Shown: positions 1 to 12,314, counted from the first letter of the stretch. The stretch is 64,000 nucleotides of DNA from Chloroflexia bacterium (GCA_034433695.1 DAOUAK010000038.1:2758-66757), one strand, 5' to 3'. Notes: generated by a model from the letters alone, not told the origin. Translations and numbers: made by a program.

Positions 1-24
1 TTGCAAAGTAACTGGAGGACTCAG

Positions 25-1443
25 ATGAAGACGCTCAAGATGCTTCCCCTGGTCCTGATCGGCGCGATGCTGATCGGTGTCCTGGCCGGGTGCGGCCCAC
101 AACCTACCGCCCCGGCTACGGAAAAACCGGCGGCGACCCCCGTCCCCACGGCGGCCCCTACGGCGGTTCCCACCCCGAAGCCCGTGACGCTCCGCTATGC
201 CAACTGGAACCTGGGCACGGAAGAGGAAAACAACGTCCAGCGCCAGCTGGTCAAGAAGTACATGGAACTCAACCCTCACGTGACCATCGAGTTCGTGGAC
301 ATGTCAGGCGAGGGCACGTGGGACGACAAACTGACCGCCCTAGCGGCCAAAGGCGCACTGCCCGACGTCTTCATGGCCGACAAGACTCCCCTCTACGTCA
401 AGAACGGCTGGTTGGCCGACCTGACCGAACTGGTGAGCGAGGACCCGGATTGGCAGAAGGTGCCGGAGGTACTGCGCAACGCCGTGACCTACAACGGCAA
501 GGTACTGGCTCTGCCGGCGGCGCAGTTTGTCATGGGCTATTTCGTCAATCTGGACCTCTTTGAAGCCAACAACCTGGGAGCGCCCACCTATGGCACCCCC
601 GTGGACGAGTTCTTCGCCGTGGTCACCAAGTTGACCGACGTCCAGAAAGGTCGCCTGGGCATGGACGAGATGGAATTCATCCTGGGCTGGTATCCCAGCA
701 CCCAGGACCCGACCCTGAAGTGGTTCAGTTTCGACGGCCAACACATGCACTATAACTCCGAAGCCTTCAAGGCCGGCGTGGCCAAGGCCGGCGAGATGCG
801 GCCGCATACCTGGCAGGGCCTCACCGACGAGCAGAAAGCCAACTTCAAGTCGCAGGGGCCGTGGGAACTCTTCCTGAATCAGGAATGCGGCGTCCGCTGG
901 GACGGCGGCTGGGCGGTGCCGGCCATCGCCCAGCAGGCCACCTTCAACTGGGACTTCCTGGGCATCCCCGGCGGCAACCAGGCCCTGGTGGGCGACTTTA
1001 TCGTCGTCGCCAAGACGACCGCCAACCTGGAAGAGGCCTTCAAGTTCGCCAAATGGATGACCTTCTCGCGCGAAGGTTACCTGGCCGAGGCCGAGATCGC
1101 CCGCGCGGCCGGCCAGGTGCCCACCCGCATGCCGGTTTTCGTGGACGCCGAAACCATCGACCTGTACCTGTCCTTCGTCGGCGATAAACCCGGCCTGCGC
1201 CAGGCCTTCGAGAACCTGGACAACAGCCTGCTCGAATCGCTGGCCAAGATCGTGCCCGGGTACGTCGCCGCCCGCTGGGAAGGTAAACCCGGCATCGACA
1301 TCGGCGAGGACAAGGATGTGAACATGTGGTACATGTTCAACTTCGCCAACGAGGGCAGGTACAAGTACGAGGATTATGCAGCCCGGTTGGAAGAGTTCGC
1401 CAACCGCCTGCTCGATGAGGCCCGCGCCGAACTCAAGCCTTAA
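25..1443 (+). CDS. ABC transporter extracellular solute-binding protein (sugar type), lipoprotein
   Basis: The ORF in the track starts at TTG 1. ATG at 25 is preceded by GGAGGA (14-19). The N-terminus [23 protein letters not shown] has a lipobox Cys followed by a Pro/Thr/Ala linker. The body looks like a family-1 sugar SBP. Confidence 0.85.
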   Translation: MKTLKMLPLVLIGAMLIGVLAGCGPQPTAPATEKPAATPVPTAAPTAVPTPKPVTLRYANWNLGTEEENNVQRQLVKKYMELNPHVTIEFVDMSGEGTWDDKLTALAAKGALPDVFMADKTPLYVKNGWLADLTELVSEDPDWQKVPEVLRNAVTYNGKVLALPAAQFVMGYFVNLDLFEANNLGAPTYGTPVDEFFAVVTKLTDVQKGRLGMDEMEFILGWYPSTQDPTLKWFSFDGQHMHYNSEAFKAGVAKAGEMRPHTWQGLTDEQKANFKSQGPWELFLNQECGVRWDGGWAVPAIAQQATFNWDFLGIPGGNQALVGDFIVVAKTTANLEEAFKFAKWMTFSREGYLAEAEIARAAGQVPTRMPVFVDAETIDLYLSFVGDKPGLRQAFENLDNSLLESLAKIVPGYVAARWEGKPGIDIGEDKDVNMWYMFNFANEGRYKYEDYAARLEEFANRLLDEARAELKP

Positions 1444-1453
1444 AAGCGACCCG

Positions 1454-1485
1454 GAGGGGGCTGCACCAGCGCGTGCAGCCCCCTC
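1454..1485 (+). terminator. Strong hairpin after the first SBP gene (attenuating terminator or mRNA stabiliser)
   Basis: GAGGGGGCTGCAC (1454-1466) pairs perfectly with GTGCAGCCCCCTC (1473-1485) across a 6-nt loop. The following T tract (TT) is short. Confidence 0.6.
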
Positions 1486-1518
1486 TTCCCCAAGTGGTCA
1501 GAGACGCGCTCGCATGAG

Positions 1519-4413
1519 ATGAGCGGGAAAATCAGGGCGGTCCGTGTTTTGAGTCTCCTTGGGGCAATCGTCCCGCTCCTGAATCTCCTGGGGGCCGGCC
1601 AGGTGACTTCTGGGGCAGCCCGGCCGCCCGCCACCCTCGCCTTCGCAGCCCAGCCCGGCGGGCAACAGGGCCGGACCATCGAGATCCGTGCCGATACCTT
1701 CGGTCTGCCGCTCGCCAACGACGACCTGGCCCACCAGTATAACAAGCCCAGCGTCCGATTGACCCGAGGGGACAGCGCCCGCTTTTCGGTAACGATCGAG
1801 ACGGCGGGGGAATATACCATCGCCTTCGATGCCGCCGTGCCGGAGGAGGTGCTCGTCACTGCCCCGGAGGGTCAACTCCTTCTGGATGGTGCCCTGCCGG
1901 TCGAAGATGCCCGCCGCATCGTCTTCCCGCTTTTTTACCGCAGCCCGGCGGAAGAGTTTCCGCTCGACCGCTACGGCAACGAGACCCTTATCCCCGCAGT
2001 GCGCCTGGCGCGTTGGACCCAGGTCTATCTACGAGATGTCAACCTGAGCCGCAAGTACCCGCTGACCATCCACCTTTCCCAGGGCGAGCACGACTTTGAG
2101 TTTGTCCTGACCCGCGAGATCCTCCTTCTGGGCAGCATCTACCTCCGACCATTTTCGCCGGACATGCCGTATAGCGACTACCTTGCCCGGAAACCTGCCC
2201 AGGACTCTGTCGGGGTGCTGATCGAAATCGAGGCAGAAAGACCAAGTTACAAGAACGATATCTCCATCCGCCCTCTCTATGACCGCAGCCTGGAAGTCAC
2301 GCCCTACGACACCTATCGCCTGCTCCTGAACACCATCGGCGGGGAAAGCTGGCAACGCAGCGGCAGCGCACTCTACTACGAGGTAAAAGTACCGCAGGAC
2401 GGGATGTATCTTATCACCCTGCGGGTCCTCCAAAATACACGCAGTAACTTTGTCGTTTTCCGCCGCCTCACCATCAACGGAACCGTGCCCTTTGATGAGG
2501 CTAACGAAATACCGTTCGGCTATCACCCGGGATGGGAAAACGTCACCCTGCCCTATCGGGTGTACCTGCAACGGGGGACGAACGTCCTGGGGCTGGAGGT
2601 TACCACTTCCCCCTACGATGCCGCCATCAGGAACATCCGTCGCTCCATTGGGGACATCACGGCCCTCTCGCTGGAGGTCAAGCGCCTGACCGGCAACCAG
2701 GTGGACCGCTATCGGGAATGGGAAATTGCCGAATACATCCCCAACATCGAGGAGCGGCTGGATGACATCGCCGCCAGGCTCGCCGCCGACAAGGCCGCGC
2801 TACAGACCTTGAGCGGCGGGCTGAACTCGCAGGAGATCATGAACTACCAGATGGCCCTCGACAACATTCTCGTACTCCGGAACGACCCCAACAAAATCCC
2901 GGTGCGCATGAACCGCCTCTCCGAGGGGCCACAATCGGCGGCCCAACTGCTGGGCAATGTGCTCAGTGCCCTGCAGAAACAGCCGCTTATGCTGGACAAA
3001 ATCTACCTGCACTCGCCCGATGTCACGCCGCCAGAACCGCAGGTCTCGGCCTGGGAATCGGCGAGCGAGGGCATCAAGCGCTTCTTCCACTCCTTCACAC
3101 GCACCCCCTATCAATCCATCGGCGCGAGCGAGGGCGAAATCGAAGTCTGGGTCAACCGTCCCCGGCAGTATGTGGCCCTGATGCAGCAAATGGCCGATCG
3201 GTCTTTTACTCCACGGACGGGCATCGGCGTTGTATTCTCGCTCATGCCCAACGAATCGAAACTGGCCCTGGCCATCGCCGCCGACATCGAACCGGATGTG
3301 GTCCTGGGCCTCAGCACGAACATCCCCTATGAACTCGCCCTGCGCAACGCCCTGTACGATCTGCGCTCCTTTGAGGATTTCGATTCCTTCATCCGCATCT
3401 ATGCCCCCGGTTCGCTCCTGGGCTACATCATCAACGATTCGGTCTATGCCATCCCGGAGACGCAGGATTTCTGGGTGACGTTTTACCGCAAGGATATCCT
3501 GGATTCCCTTGGGCTGTCGGTCCCGCACACCTGGGATGAAGTCATCGCCATCTTGCCCGAACTGCAGCGTTATGGGATGAACTTTTACACCCCACTTTCA
3601 ACCGGCAGCGGCCTCAAGGGTTATCTCATCACGGCTCCTTATATCTGGAATTTCGGCGGCGCGTTATACAGTCCCGACGGCCTGAAGACCGGACTCGGCA
3701 GCGACGAATCCATCACCGCCATCAAATTCATGGCCGAACAATTCACCGTCTACGGGATGCCGCTCACCGCCGTCAGTTTTTACGACAGTTTCCGCAACGG
3801 CGAACTGCCGGTGGGCATCTCCAACGTGGAGACGTACATCAAACTGCGCACTGCCGCGCCCGAAATCGAAGGGCTGTGGGGAATCGACCTCTACCCGGCC
3901 ACCGTCCTGCCGGACGGGAGACAAAACCGTTACGCCACCGGCTCGGCGCAGACCTGCGTCATCCTCGCCGATACCGAAAGGCCGCAGGAAGCATGGGAAT
4001 TCCTGAAGTGGTGGATGTCCACCGAGACCCAGGTGGAGTACGAACGGCAACTCCTGATGAACTATGGCCCGGAATACCTGTGGTACACGGCCAACCTGGA
4101 AGCCTTCCGTTATCTGCCGATTCCCGAGGAGCACAAAGAGGTCATCCTCAAACAGTGGGAATGGCTTCAGGAGCCGGTCAAACTTCCCGGCACGTACATG
4201 CAGGAGCGCGAGTTAAGCAATGCCTGGAACCGGATCGTCTTCGACGGAGTCAACCCACGCGTAGCGATCGACAACGCCATTCTGACGATCAACCGTGAAA
4301 TGGCGCGCAAGATGGAGGAACTCGGTTACACCCGCAACGGCGTGCCGGTACGCGAGATTCGGGTGCCCACCATCGAGACCGTCCGCCGGTGGATGGAGGC
4401 AGCAGAGAAATGA
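1519..4413 (+). CDS. Giant (964 aa) extracellular solute-binding protein with an N-terminal CBM-like region fused to a family-1 SBP domain
   Basis: The N-terminus is hydrophobic. The N-terminal half contains two beta-sandwich-like segments ([19 protein letters not shown]). The C-terminal half (from about aa 540) has a typical sugar-SBP pattern ([32 protein letters not shown]...). Its stop overlaps the next start (ATGA). Confidence 0.75.
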   Translation: MSGKIRAVRVLSLLGAIVPLLNLLGAGQVTSGAARPPATLAFAAQPGGQQGRTIEIRADTFGLPLANDDLAHQYNKPSVRLTRGDSARFSVTIETAGEYTIAFDAAVPEEVLVTAPEGQLLLDGALPVEDARRIVFPLFYRSPAEEFPLDRYGNETLIPAVRLARWTQVYLRDVNLSRKYPLTIHLSQGEHDFEFVLTREILLLGSIYLRPFSPDMPYSDYLARKPAQDSVGVLIEIEAERPSYKNDISIRPLYDRSLEVTPYDTYRLLLNTIGGESWQRSGSALYYEVKVPQDGMYLITLRVLQNTRSNFVVFRRLTINGTVPFDEANEIPFGYHPGWENVTLPYRVYLQRGTNVLGLEVTTSPYDAAIRNIRRSIGDITALSLEVKRLTGNQVDRYREWEIAEYIPNIEERLDDIAARLAADKAALQTLSGGLNSQEIMNYQMALDNILVLRNDPNKIPVRMNRLSEGPQSAAQLLGNVLSALQKQPLMLDKIYLHSPDVTPPEPQVSAWESASEGIKRFFHSFTRTPYQSIGASEGEIEVWVNRPRQYVALMQQMADRSFTPRTGIGVVFSLMPNESKLALAIAADIEPDVVLGLSTNIPYELALRNALYDLRSFEDFDSFIRIYAPGSLLGYIINDSVYAIPETQDFWVTFYRKDILDSLGLSVPHTWDEVIAILPELQRYGMNFYTPLSTGSGLKGYLITAPYIWNFGGALYSPDGLKTGLGSDESITAIKFMAEQFTVYGMPLTAVSFYDSFRNGELPVGISNVETYIKLRTAAPEIEGLWGIDLYPATVLPDGRQNRYATGSAQTCVILADTERPQEAWEFLKWWMSTETQVEYERQLLMNYGPEYLWYTANLEAFRYLPIPEEHKEVILKQWEWLQEPVKLPGTYMQERELSNAWNRIVFDGVNPRVAIDNAILTINREMARKMEELGYTRNGVPVREIRVPTIETVRRWMEAAEK

Positions 4414-5327
4414 CTACCCTCAGAACCGCCTTCCGCCGATGGCTGGCCCGGGAAGGAAGCGCTTACGCCTTCATCTTCCCCTACGCCATCCTGTTCATGG
4501 TCTTTATCGTCATTCCGGTGGCGATAGCCGTCGTCCTCTCGTTCACTTATTTCGATACCATCCAATTCCCGACCTTCATCGGCCTGCGCAACTATATCAC
4601 TCTGCTGACCCAGGATGACATTTTCATGAAACATGTCCTGCCCAACACCATCGAGTTTGCGGTCATTGTTGGGCCGGGCGGCTACATACTGGCCTTTTTG
4701 CTGGCCTGGATGCTGGCGCAACTGCCGCGCCTCCCCCGTACCATCCTGGCGTTGATCCTGTATTCGCCCTCGATGACCTCGGCGGTGACGATGGCCGTCG
4801 TCTGGCAAACCCTTTTCAGCGGCGACCAGAACGGCTATCTGAACAGTTTCCTGCTGAACCTGGGCATCATCCAGGAACCGGTGCAGTGGCTGCAATCGCC
4901 TCAGTACCTGATGCCGATTATGATCGTCGTCACGCTGTGGAGCAGCATGGGGGTGGGCTTCCTGGCCATGCTGGCCGGCATTCTGGACATCAACCCCGAA
5001 CTTTATGAGGCCGCCGCCGTCGATGGTCTGAGCAACCGCTGGCAGCAGATCTTTTACATCACCATCCCCTCGATGAAGCCGCAGATGCTCTTTGGGGCGG
5101 TGATGGCCATCGTCGGCACGTTCCAGGCCGGCTCGATCGGCGTGGCTCTTTCGGGGTCCAACCCCACCCCGCAATATGCCGGCCAGCTCATCGTCAACCA
5201 CATCGAGGACTATGGTTTCCTGCGCTACGAGATGGGCTACGCGGCAGCCGTCTCGGTGGTCCTGCTCCTGATGGTGCTGTTCTTCACCCGCCTGGCCAAC
5301 CGGCTGTTCGGCAGCGAGGAACGATAG
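4410..5327 (+). CDS. Carbohydrate ABC transporter permease (MalF/UgpA-like)
   Basis: ATG 4410 overlaps the upstream TGA (ATGA). The protein has multiple TM segments and an EAA-loop-like [22 protein letters not shown]. Confidence 0.85.
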   Translation: MTTLRTAFRRWLAREGSAYAFIFPYAILFMVFIVIPVAIAVVLSFTYFDTIQFPTFIGLRNYITLLTQDDIFMKHVLPNTIEFAVIVGPGGYILAFLLAWMLAQLPRLPRTILALILYSPSMTSAVTMAVVWQTLFSGDQNGYLNSFLLNLGIIQEPVQWLQSPQYLMPIMIVVTLWSSMGVGFLAMLAGILDINPELYEAAAVDGLSNRWQQIFYITIPSMKPQMLFGAVMAIVGTFQAGSIGVALSGSNPTPQYAGQLIVNHIEDYGFLRYEMGYAAAVSVVLLLMVLFFTRLANRLFGSEER

Positions 5328-5350
5328 CGTATACGGCGGTAGGGCTACCC

Positions 5351-6259
5351 ATGAGACTCCGTTTCCTTCAGAAATCGTACAGCCTGCGCAACAGCGGCAT
5401 CAATCCATCCGGCTTCCACCCCAGCCAGATTCAGTTCTACATCATCCTGGCTCCGGTGGTGGCCTTTATGCTCCTGCCGATCATCTTTATTATCTCCAAC
5501 GCCTTCAAGCCGCCCGAGGAACTCTTCGCCTACCCGCCGCGCTTCTTCGTCGTCAACCCAACGCTGAAGAACTTTACCGACCTTTTTACCCTGATGACCG
5601 TCTCCGAGGTGCCGGTCAGCCGCTACCTGTTCAACAGCATTGTCCTCACGGCCATCTCCATAGGGGCTTCCATTGCCATCTCCAGCACGGCGGCCTATGC
5701 CCTCTCCAAGAAGCGCTTCAGGCTCAAGCAGACGCTCTTTGCCGTCAACACCGTGGCGCTGATGTTCGTGCCCGTTGCCGTTACCATCCCGCGCTTCCTC
5801 ATCATCGCCCGTCTGGGACTGATCGATACCTTCTGGGTACACATCCTCCCTGCACTGGCCATGCCGGTCGGACTCTTCCTGCTCAAGCAATTTATCGACA
5901 CCATCCCGGACGAGGTCATCGAGGCAGCCCAGATCGACGGTGCCTCCGACCTGCAGATCTACTGGCGCATCGTCCTGCCGCTGGTCAGACCGGCCCTGGC
6001 CACCATCGCCATCCTGACCTTCCAGGCCACCTGGAACAATGCCGATACCTCGGCCATGTATATCAACATCGAAAACCTCAAGACCTTCGCCTACTATCTC
6101 AGCACACTTTCGACGACAACCGCCGGGGCGAACGTGGTGGCCGGCCAGGGTATGGCCGCAGCGGCAGCACTGATCATGTTCGTGCCTAACCTGATCATGT
6201 TCCTCCTCCTGCAAAGTCAGGTCATGAGCACGATGTCGCATTCGGGGCTAAAGGGATGA
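5351..6259 (+). CDS. Carbohydrate ABC transporter permease (MalG/UgpE-like)
   Basis: Multiple TM segments and the EAA loop [25 protein letters not shown]. Confidence 0.85.
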   Translation: MRLRFLQKSYSLRNSGINPSGFHPSQIQFYIILAPVVAFMLLPIIFIISNAFKPPEELFAYPPRFFVVNPTLKNFTDLFTLMTVSEVPVSRYLFNSIVLTAISIGASIAISSTAAYALSKKRFRLKQTLFAVNTVALMFVPVAVTIPRFLIIARLGLIDTFWVHILPALAMPVGLFLLKQFIDTIPDEVIEAAQIDGASDLQIYWRIVLPLVRPALATIAILTFQATWNNADTSAMYINIENLKTFAYYLSTLSTTTAGANVVAGQGMAAAAALIMFVPNLIMFLLLQSQVMSTMSHSGLKG

Positions 6260-8271
6260 AACGTCTGCCGCTCTTCCTCGTTCTGGTGCTCTTATTGCTC
6301 CTCCTGATTCCGGGCGTGCCCGCGCAGGCCCTGACCCCTTATACGACCTGGGCGCTGGGGCCGGGCGGCCGACTCTACCTGACACAGGACGCCTACGTTC
6401 CCGTTTCGGAGGTGCCCCTGCCCTTGTCCGGTGCGGAGGATATGTTCATCACCGCAGAAGGAGACCTTTACATCGCCGATACGGGCAACGGCCGCATCCT
6501 GCGCCTGGACAGCAACTGGCAGATCGTGGCAACCTACGGCGAAGGGCTGCTCCGAAAGCCGAACGGCCTCTTTGTGGACCCCGAGGGAACGATGTACATC
6601 GCCGACGCCGGAAACAACTCCATCGTCATCCTCGACCATGACGGCACACTGGCCACGAGTTTTGGCCGGCCGAACGAGGCGCTCTTTGGCCGCAGGAACG
6701 AGTTCCTGCCTCGCAAAATCGCCGTAGACACGCGCCAGAACCTCTATATCGTCAGCGAGGGTTCGACCGATGGCCTGGTGATGATGACCCGAGACGGACG
6801 CTTCATCGGCTACTTTGGCGCGAACCCGGCCACGATGTCCTTGAAGATGCTCTTGCAGCGCCTGTTCCTGACGAGGGAGCAACTGGCGCAATTCATCAAG
6901 AACGAGGCGGCCTCGCCCTCCAATGTAGCCATCGACAGCGAAGGGATGATCCTTACCGTAACCTCGGGCACGGCCCGCGAGCGCAGCATCCGCCGTTTCA
7001 CCGTCGCCGGCCACAATATCTTCCCCGAAATCTACGGCTCGACGACCTTTCGCGACCTTCATGCCAGTCCGAACGGCCTGGTCACAGCGGTAGATGCCGA
7101 GGGACGAATCTACGAGTACGATCGGAAAGGAATGCTCCTCTTTGTCTTCGGGGCCCAGGACAAAGGGGAGCAACGCCTGGGACTGCTCCGCAACCCCACC
7201 GCCATCGAACGCTATCAGGACTGCATCTATGTGCTGGACAAGGACAAGAACGCCATCGTCGTCTACCGGGAAACGAGGTTTGCCCGTCTGGTCCATGACG
7301 GTGTGCGGCTGTATGTGGAGGGCTTTTACAGCGAGGCACGACCTTACTTCGAGGAGGTGCTGCGCTATAACGGCTTATTCATCATGGCCTACCAGGCCAT
7401 CGCCGATGCGTACTTCAAGGAGGGCGACTATATCCGCGCCCTGACCTATTATCGCTATGCCGAAGACCGCCGGGGCTATTCCGAAGCCTTCTGGGAACTC
7501 CGCAACGTCGTCCTGCAACAATACCTGGCAACCGGCCTCCTCGGGCTACTCGGCCTCCTCGTTGCCCAGGGGGCCCTCAAACGCCTCGACCGCCGCTACG
7601 CCTGCTTCGCTCCGGTACGGCGTGGACTGGCCTGGCTGTGCCGCCGCAAACTCGTGGACGACTTTCTTTTCCTCTTTCGCTTCATCAAACACCCCGCCGA
7701 TAGTTTCTATTACATCAAGGCCAAACAGCGCGGCAGCCTGGCGTTTGCCCTCCTGATCTATCTGTGGGTGGTCATCGTGCGGGTGCTGACCCCTTACCTG
7801 ACCGGATTTATCTTCAATCCCTACGCCAACCCGGGAGAAATCCGCGCCGAAAACGAGGTCGTCTACACCCTCCTCTTCCTTCTGCTCTGGAATGCGGCGA
7901 ACTACCTGGTCTCGACCATCAGTGAGGGTGAGGGCCGCGTCCGGGACGTCGTCATCGGCAGCGCCTACGCGCTCTCCCCTTACGCCATTTTTGCGCTGCC
8001 AATCGCCCTCCTCTCCAACGTCCTGAGCGCCAACGAGGCCTTTTTTTACACCTTTTCCATGAACCTGGTATGGGCCTGGACCGGGCTGATGCTTTTCCTG
8101 ATGGCCAAGGAAATCCATAACTACTCCTTCGGCGAAACGGTCCGTAACGTCCTGCTGACCCTCTTCACGATGGCTATGGCGCTGCTGGCCGGCTATATCC
8201 TGTATGTGCTGGCCTCCCAGTTCTATGACTTTATCTCGGCCATCTGGCGGGAGGCACAGTTACGTGGTTAA
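6256..8271 (+). CDS. Membrane protein with signal peptide, about 6 NHL-repeat blades, a TPR region and a C-terminal Yip1-like multi-TM domain
   Basis: ATGA overlap with the upstream gene. Signal peptide [28 protein letters not shown]-like repeats include [16 protein letters not shown] and [18 protein letters not shown]-like [24 protein letters not shown]. The last 250 aa or so are hydrophobic multi-pass. Confidence 0.7.
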   Translation: MKRLPLFLVLVLLLLLLIPGVPAQALTPYTTWALGPGGRLYLTQDAYVPVSEVPLPLSGAEDMFITAEGDLYIADTGNGRILRLDSNWQIVATYGEGLLRKPNGLFVDPEGTMYIADAGNNSIVILDHDGTLATSFGRPNEALFGRRNEFLPRKIAVDTRQNLYIVSEGSTDGLVMMTRDGRFIGYFGANPATMSLKMLLQRLFLTREQLAQFIKNEAASPSNVAIDSEGMILTVTSGTARERSIRRFTVAGHNIFPEIYGSTTFRDLHASPNGLVTAVDAEGRIYEYDRKGMLLFVFGAQDKGEQRLGLLRNPTAIERYQDCIYVLDKDKNAIVVYRETRFARLVHDGVRLYVEGFYSEARPYFEEVLRYNGLFIMAYQAIADAYFKEGDYIRALTYYRYAEDRRGYSEAFWELRNVVLQQYLATGLLGLLGLLVAQGALKRLDRRYACFAPVRRGLAWLCRRKLVDDFLFLFRFIKHPADSFYYIKAKQRGSLAFALLIYLWVVIVRVLTPYLTGFIFNPYANPGEIRAENEVVYTLLFLLLWNAANYLVSTISEGEGRVRDVVIGSAYALSPYAIFALPIALLSNVLSANEAFFYTFSMNLVWAWTGLMLFLMAKEIHNYSFGETVRNVLLTLFTMAMALLAGYILYVLASQFYDFISAIWREAQLRG

Positions 8272-8272
8272 G

Positions 8273-10411
8273 ATGAACAGGGCCTTGACCTTTTTCCTGC
8301 TTCTCCTCTTCCTTCTGCCGGCGCCGGCCGTATTCGCCGCGCCTTCTCCAGACGCTATCCCGGGAACCTATACCCTGGTTGCTGAAAACGAGAACTTTCG
8401 CCTATACGTCAATCCGGAAACCCTGGCTTTCAAGGTGCTGGACAAGCGTAGCGGTTACCTCTGGCATTCCAGCCTGGACGAAAAACTCCCCGAGGACCGC
8501 CTGAACAGGTCCTGGCTCGCTTTCGCCCAGAGCGGGTTCAGCGTGGACTGTCTGGACTGGAAAGCCAACACTCGGCGGGTTTCTATCGCCAGCGCCGAGC
8601 ACACGATGGAGGTCCGGCCCATTGAAAACGGCCTCCAGGCCCAGGTCACCTTTAGCGATGTGGCCATTTCGGTGGGGTTGCGCCTGATCCTGGAGGAAAC
8701 CGGCGTGCGGGTCGAGGTGCCATTCGAGACCATCCGTGAGGACGGCGACTTTCGCCTGGGCATGCTCCATCTTTACCCCTGGATGGGCGCGACGCGCGGC
8801 GACGAAACGCCCGGTTATATGTTCATCCCCGACGGCTGTGGGAGCCTCATCCACTTCGCCGCCGAGACAAAAGCCCGGAACATGTACTATGGCCGCTACT
8901 ACGGCATCGACCTGGGCATGGTGTCCCACCTGCCTTTCGATCCGGCCATCCGCCGGCCTTATCCCATCTCCATCCCGGTAATCGGCATGGTGCATGGCGA
9001 GGGGCAGAACGCCTACCTGGCCGTCCTGGAAAAGGGCGCGTCCTATGCCGAAATCCAGGCCCATCCCTCCGGCATCCTCACCAACTTTAACTTTCTCTAC
9101 AACGCCTTCATCTACAACGAGAGTTACTTCCAGCGCACCAGCCGGGCCGGCGATGGCGTGACCGTCGTTCAGCCCCGCACCAACCGCTTCGACATCGTCA
9201 TGCACTACCGCTTCCTCACCGGCCGGGAGGCCGACTATGTCGGCATGGCCCGCAGTTACCGGCAGTACTTGCTCGAAAAAGGGCTACTTCGCCGACAGCC
9301 GCTGCCCTCCGACGGCATCGGTATCCGTCTGGAGTTCCTGGCCGCCGAGCAGGAGAAAATCCTGTTCTGGAACCGCACCATTCCGATGACGACCCTGCCG
9401 CAGATGGAGCAAATCCTGGCCGAACTGGACGTTACGAACCCTCAGGTCATCTACTATGGCTGGCAGCCCGGCGGCGCTTCGGCCATGCCGCCTGCCTACC
9501 TGGCCCTGGATGGCAGCCTGGGCACCCTGGCCGACCTGGGCAGGGTGGCCGAACAGGTCGCTCGCCGTGGCGGGGCCTTCGCCTTGTACCTCGATCCCCT
9601 GGCGGCGATCCGGGATCAGGGGGGGTACTCGCGCTACGACCTGGCGGTAGCCATCACCGGCGATTACCCGCAAGGCTACCGGCGGGGAAAGCCCAATTTT
9701 TTCCTCAACCTTCCGGCCCTGGAAGCGCGTCTCGGTTCTCTCGGCCGGGAGATACAGAGCAAGGTCCCGGCCGGCCTGGCCCTGGATAACATCGGCACTA
9801 CCCTGTACTCCGACTTTCGCCAGGACAACCTGCTCAACCGGGAGGAGGCGATCGACGCCTACCGTTCCCTCCTGGCCGCCATACCCGTCCCGCTGGCCCT
9901 GTACATGCCGAACGACTACCTCTTCGCCTATGCCCGGGCCTATTACGATATCCCCATCGCCGACAGCGGCTACATCTATACCACGGCGACGGTGCCTTTC
10001 CTGCAAATCGTCCTTTCCGGCTATATGCCCTACTACGGCGAGGCCCTCAACTTTTCTCCTGACGTGCGCCAGGACCTGCTCCGACACGCCGAGTACGGTG
10101 TCTATCCCTCCTTCTTCCTTACCTACGAGGAAACCGCCCGCATCCTGAAGACCCGGTCGAACTGGATTTACGTCTCCGCCTACCGCCAACTGGAAGCGGG
10201 GATCGAAGATAGTTATGCCTGGCTGAATGCCCTGCTGTCCCCGGTACAGGGGGCCAGCATTGTCGGACATGCACAGGTCGCCCCCCAGGTGTTTGCCACC
10301 ACCTACAGCAACGGCAAGCAGATTCTGGTCAACTATAGCGAGCACCCCGTCTCACTCTACGGCCTCACCGTTCCGGCCCGGGATGCCATCTTGAGGGAGG
10401 TAATGCCATGA
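8273..10411 (+). CDS. Secreted or anchored 712-aa protein of unknown function (possibly DUF5696-type; putative glycoside-hydrolase-like)
   Basis: ATG 8273 lies directly after the upstream stop. Signal MNRALTFFLLLLFLLPAPAVFA. I recognise no catalytic motif. The DUF5696 assignment is from memory of similar gene neighbourhoods and is not verified. Confidence 0.55.
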   Translation: MNRALTFFLLLLFLLPAPAVFAAPSPDAIPGTYTLVAENENFRLYVNPETLAFKVLDKRSGYLWHSSLDEKLPEDRLNRSWLAFAQSGFSVDCLDWKANTRRVSIASAEHTMEVRPIENGLQAQVTFSDVAISVGLRLILEETGVRVEVPFETIREDGDFRLGMLHLYPWMGATRGDETPGYMFIPDGCGSLIHFAAETKARNMYYGRYYGIDLGMVSHLPFDPAIRRPYPISIPVIGMVHGEGQNAYLAVLEKGASYAEIQAHPSGILTNFNFLYNAFIYNESYFQRTSRAGDGVTVVQPRTNRFDIVMHYRFLTGREADYVGMARSYRQYLLEKGLLRRQPLPSDGIGIRLEFLAAEQEKILFWNRTIPMTTLPQMEQILAELDVTNPQVIYYGWQPGGASAMPPAYLALDGSLGTLADLGRVAEQVARRGGAFALYLDPLAAIRDQGGYSRYDLAVAITGDYPQGYRRGKPNFFLNLPALEARLGSLGREIQSKVPAGLALDNIGTTLYSDFRQDNLLNREEAIDAYRSLLAAIPVPLALYMPNDYLFAYARAYYDIPIADSGYIYTTATVPFLQIVLSGYMPYYGEALNFSPDVRQDLLRHAEYGVYPSFFLTYEETARILKTRSNWIYVSAYRQLEAGIEDSYAWLNALLSPVQGASIVGHAQVAPQVFATTYSNGKQILVNYSEHPVSLYGLTVPARDAILREVMP

Positions 10412-11286
10412 CATCATCCGGCCGGCCCCGCTTCACCCTTCGCCTGCGCCAGGCCCTGCAAGGCTATCTTTTCGTGGCCATCTGGATCATCGGCTTTGCC
10501 CTCTTCGCTCTGGCTCCGCTCGTTCAAACCTTCCTCTACAGCCTGAACCGGGTCATCGTCTCGGCCACCGGCGTGGAGCAGACCTTCGTTGCCTGGCAGA
10601 ACTATACCAAAGCCCTGTTCACCGACCCCACCTTCATCGAATTGCTGATCGGATACATCCTGGAGACGCTTATCTCTGTGCCGATCATCATGATCTTTTC
10701 CCTGATCATCGCTCTGCTCCTCAACCTGAAACTGCCGCTCAGGGGCATCTTTCGCACGATCTTCTTCCTGCCGGTCGTCATCACCAGCGGGCCGGTGATT
10801 CGTGAACTCGTCTCGCAGGGGGCGACCGCCGCACCGCAGATCGCACAGTCGCCGGTGGTGCTGGATTTCCTGGCCCAGTTGCCGGAGGTGCTTCGCGGGC
10901 CGGCCGAGTACCTGCTGACTTCGTTCATCCTGATTCTCTGGTTCTCGGGCGTCCAGATTCTGATCTACCTGGCCAGCCTGCAGCGAATCGACCGCAGCCT
11001 CTATGAAGCAGCCGCCATCGACGGCGCTTCGGCCTGGGAAATGTTTTGGAAGATCACCTTGCCGTCGCTTTCTTCGACCAACGTGGTGGTAGCCATCTAT
11101 ACCATCGTTATCCTTTCGCACTTTCCCGAGAACAAGGTGGTGCGCTACATTTATACCCAGACCTATGACATCAAGGGTGGCATCGGCTACGCCAGCGCGA
11201 TGTCGTTCCTGTACCTGGCCGCCCTGGTGCTCGTCCTGCTCATCGCCTACATTGTCCTGTCTCTGCGCGCCAGGAAAGTACGATAG
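10408..11286 (+). CDS. Carbohydrate ABC transporter permease
   Basis: ATGA overlap with the upstream gene. TM-rich, with EAA loop YEAAAIDGASAWEMFWKITLPSL. Confidence 0.85.
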   Translation: MTSSGRPRFTLRLRQALQGYLFVAIWIIGFALFALAPLVQTFLYSLNRVIVSATGVEQTFVAWQNYTKALFTDPTFIELLIGYILETLISVPIIMIFSLIIALLLNLKLPLRGIFRTIFFLPVVITSGPVIRELVSQGATAAPQIAQSPVVLDFLAQLPEVLRGPAEYLLTSFILILWFSGVQILIYLASLQRIDRSLYEAAAIDGASAWEMFWKITLPSLSSTNVVVAIYTIVILSHFPENKVVRYIYTQTYDIKGGIGYASAMSFLYLAALVLVLLIAYIVLSLRARKVR

Positions 11287-11312
11287 TCGGAATCGGCCTG
11301 CAAGGTGTACCG

Positions 11313-12314
11313 ATGGACCTGCATCCCATAAGGAAAACGAAATTTGGGGATCGGAGGGGGCCTCGCCTCGAGGAACTCCTCTCTCGCCTCGCCCCCCTTG
11401 GGGACAGGATTCGCGGCTTGCTATTCGGCACGCGCTCCGGTTACGGCCTGATTTTCACCGTCCTCGCCTACGCCTTGCTCATCATTATCGGCTTTGTGTA
11501 CCTCTACCCGCTCCTCTTTATGCTGGTTACCAGCCTGAAAAGTCCCACCGACCTGCTCAACCCAATGGCGCAATGGATACCCAACGAGTTGTACCTGGGC
11601 AACTATGCCAAAGCCTACCGCGTCCTGAATTACCCTTCCACCTTGCTCTCCTCCATTCTGGTCAGCGTTGTACCTTCGGTGATTCAGACCATCGTTTGCT
11701 CGGTCGTGGGCTACGGCCTGGCCCGCTACCGGTTCCCCGGCAAGCACCTGCTTTTCCTGTTGATCCTGGCCACCTTTCTCATCCCGCCCCAGAACACCGT
11801 CATCCCGCAGATGCTCACTTACCGGCAGTTCGGTCTGCTGGGGAGCATCTGGGCGATGATCCTGCCGGCCCTGTGCGGACAGGGCTTTCGTAGCGCTATC
11901 TTCATCCTCATCTTTTACCTGTCTTTCCTTACTCTGCCCAAAGCGCTCGAAGAGGCGGCCCGTCTGGACGGAGCATCCGAGGCCCGAATTTTCCTCCAGA
12001 TCGCCGTTCCGAACGTCATTCCGGCTTATATCGTCTCCCTGATCTTTTCCATCGTCTGGTACTGGAACGAGACCTACCTGACCGTCATCTTCCTGGAGGG
12101 CGGCATCCAAACCCTGCCGATGCAACTTTCCAAGTTCGCCCAGGCCTATGAGAACCTCTATCCGGCCGGCATGGTCAACATCTTCGACCGTCTGAACGAG
12201 GCGGTCAAACTCAGCGGCACCTTCCTCAACATCTTGCCCCTTCTGCTGATGTATTTTGTCCTGCAAAGGTGGTTCGTCGAATCGATCGAAAGGACGGGTA
12301 TCACCGGTGAATAG
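11313..12314 (+). CDS. Carbohydrate ABC transporter permease
   Basis: TM-rich, with EAA loop EEAARLDGASEARIFLQIAVPNV. Confidence 0.85.
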   Translation: MDLHPIRKTKFGDRRGPRLEELLSRLAPLGDRIRGLLFGTRSGYGLIFTVLAYALLIIIGFVYLYPLLFMLVTSLKSPTDLLNPMAQWIPNELYLGNYAKAYRVLNYPSTLLSSILVSVVPSVIQTIVCSVVGYGLARYRFPGKHLLFLLILATFLIPPQNTVIPQMLTYRQFGLLGSIWAMILPALCGQGFRSAIFILIFYLSFLTLPKALEEAARLDGASEARIFLQIAVPNVIPAYIVSLIFSIVWYWNETYLTVIFLEGGIQTLPMQLSKFAQAYENLYPAGMVNIFDRLNEAVKLSGTFLNILPLLLMYFVLQRWFVESIERTGITGE

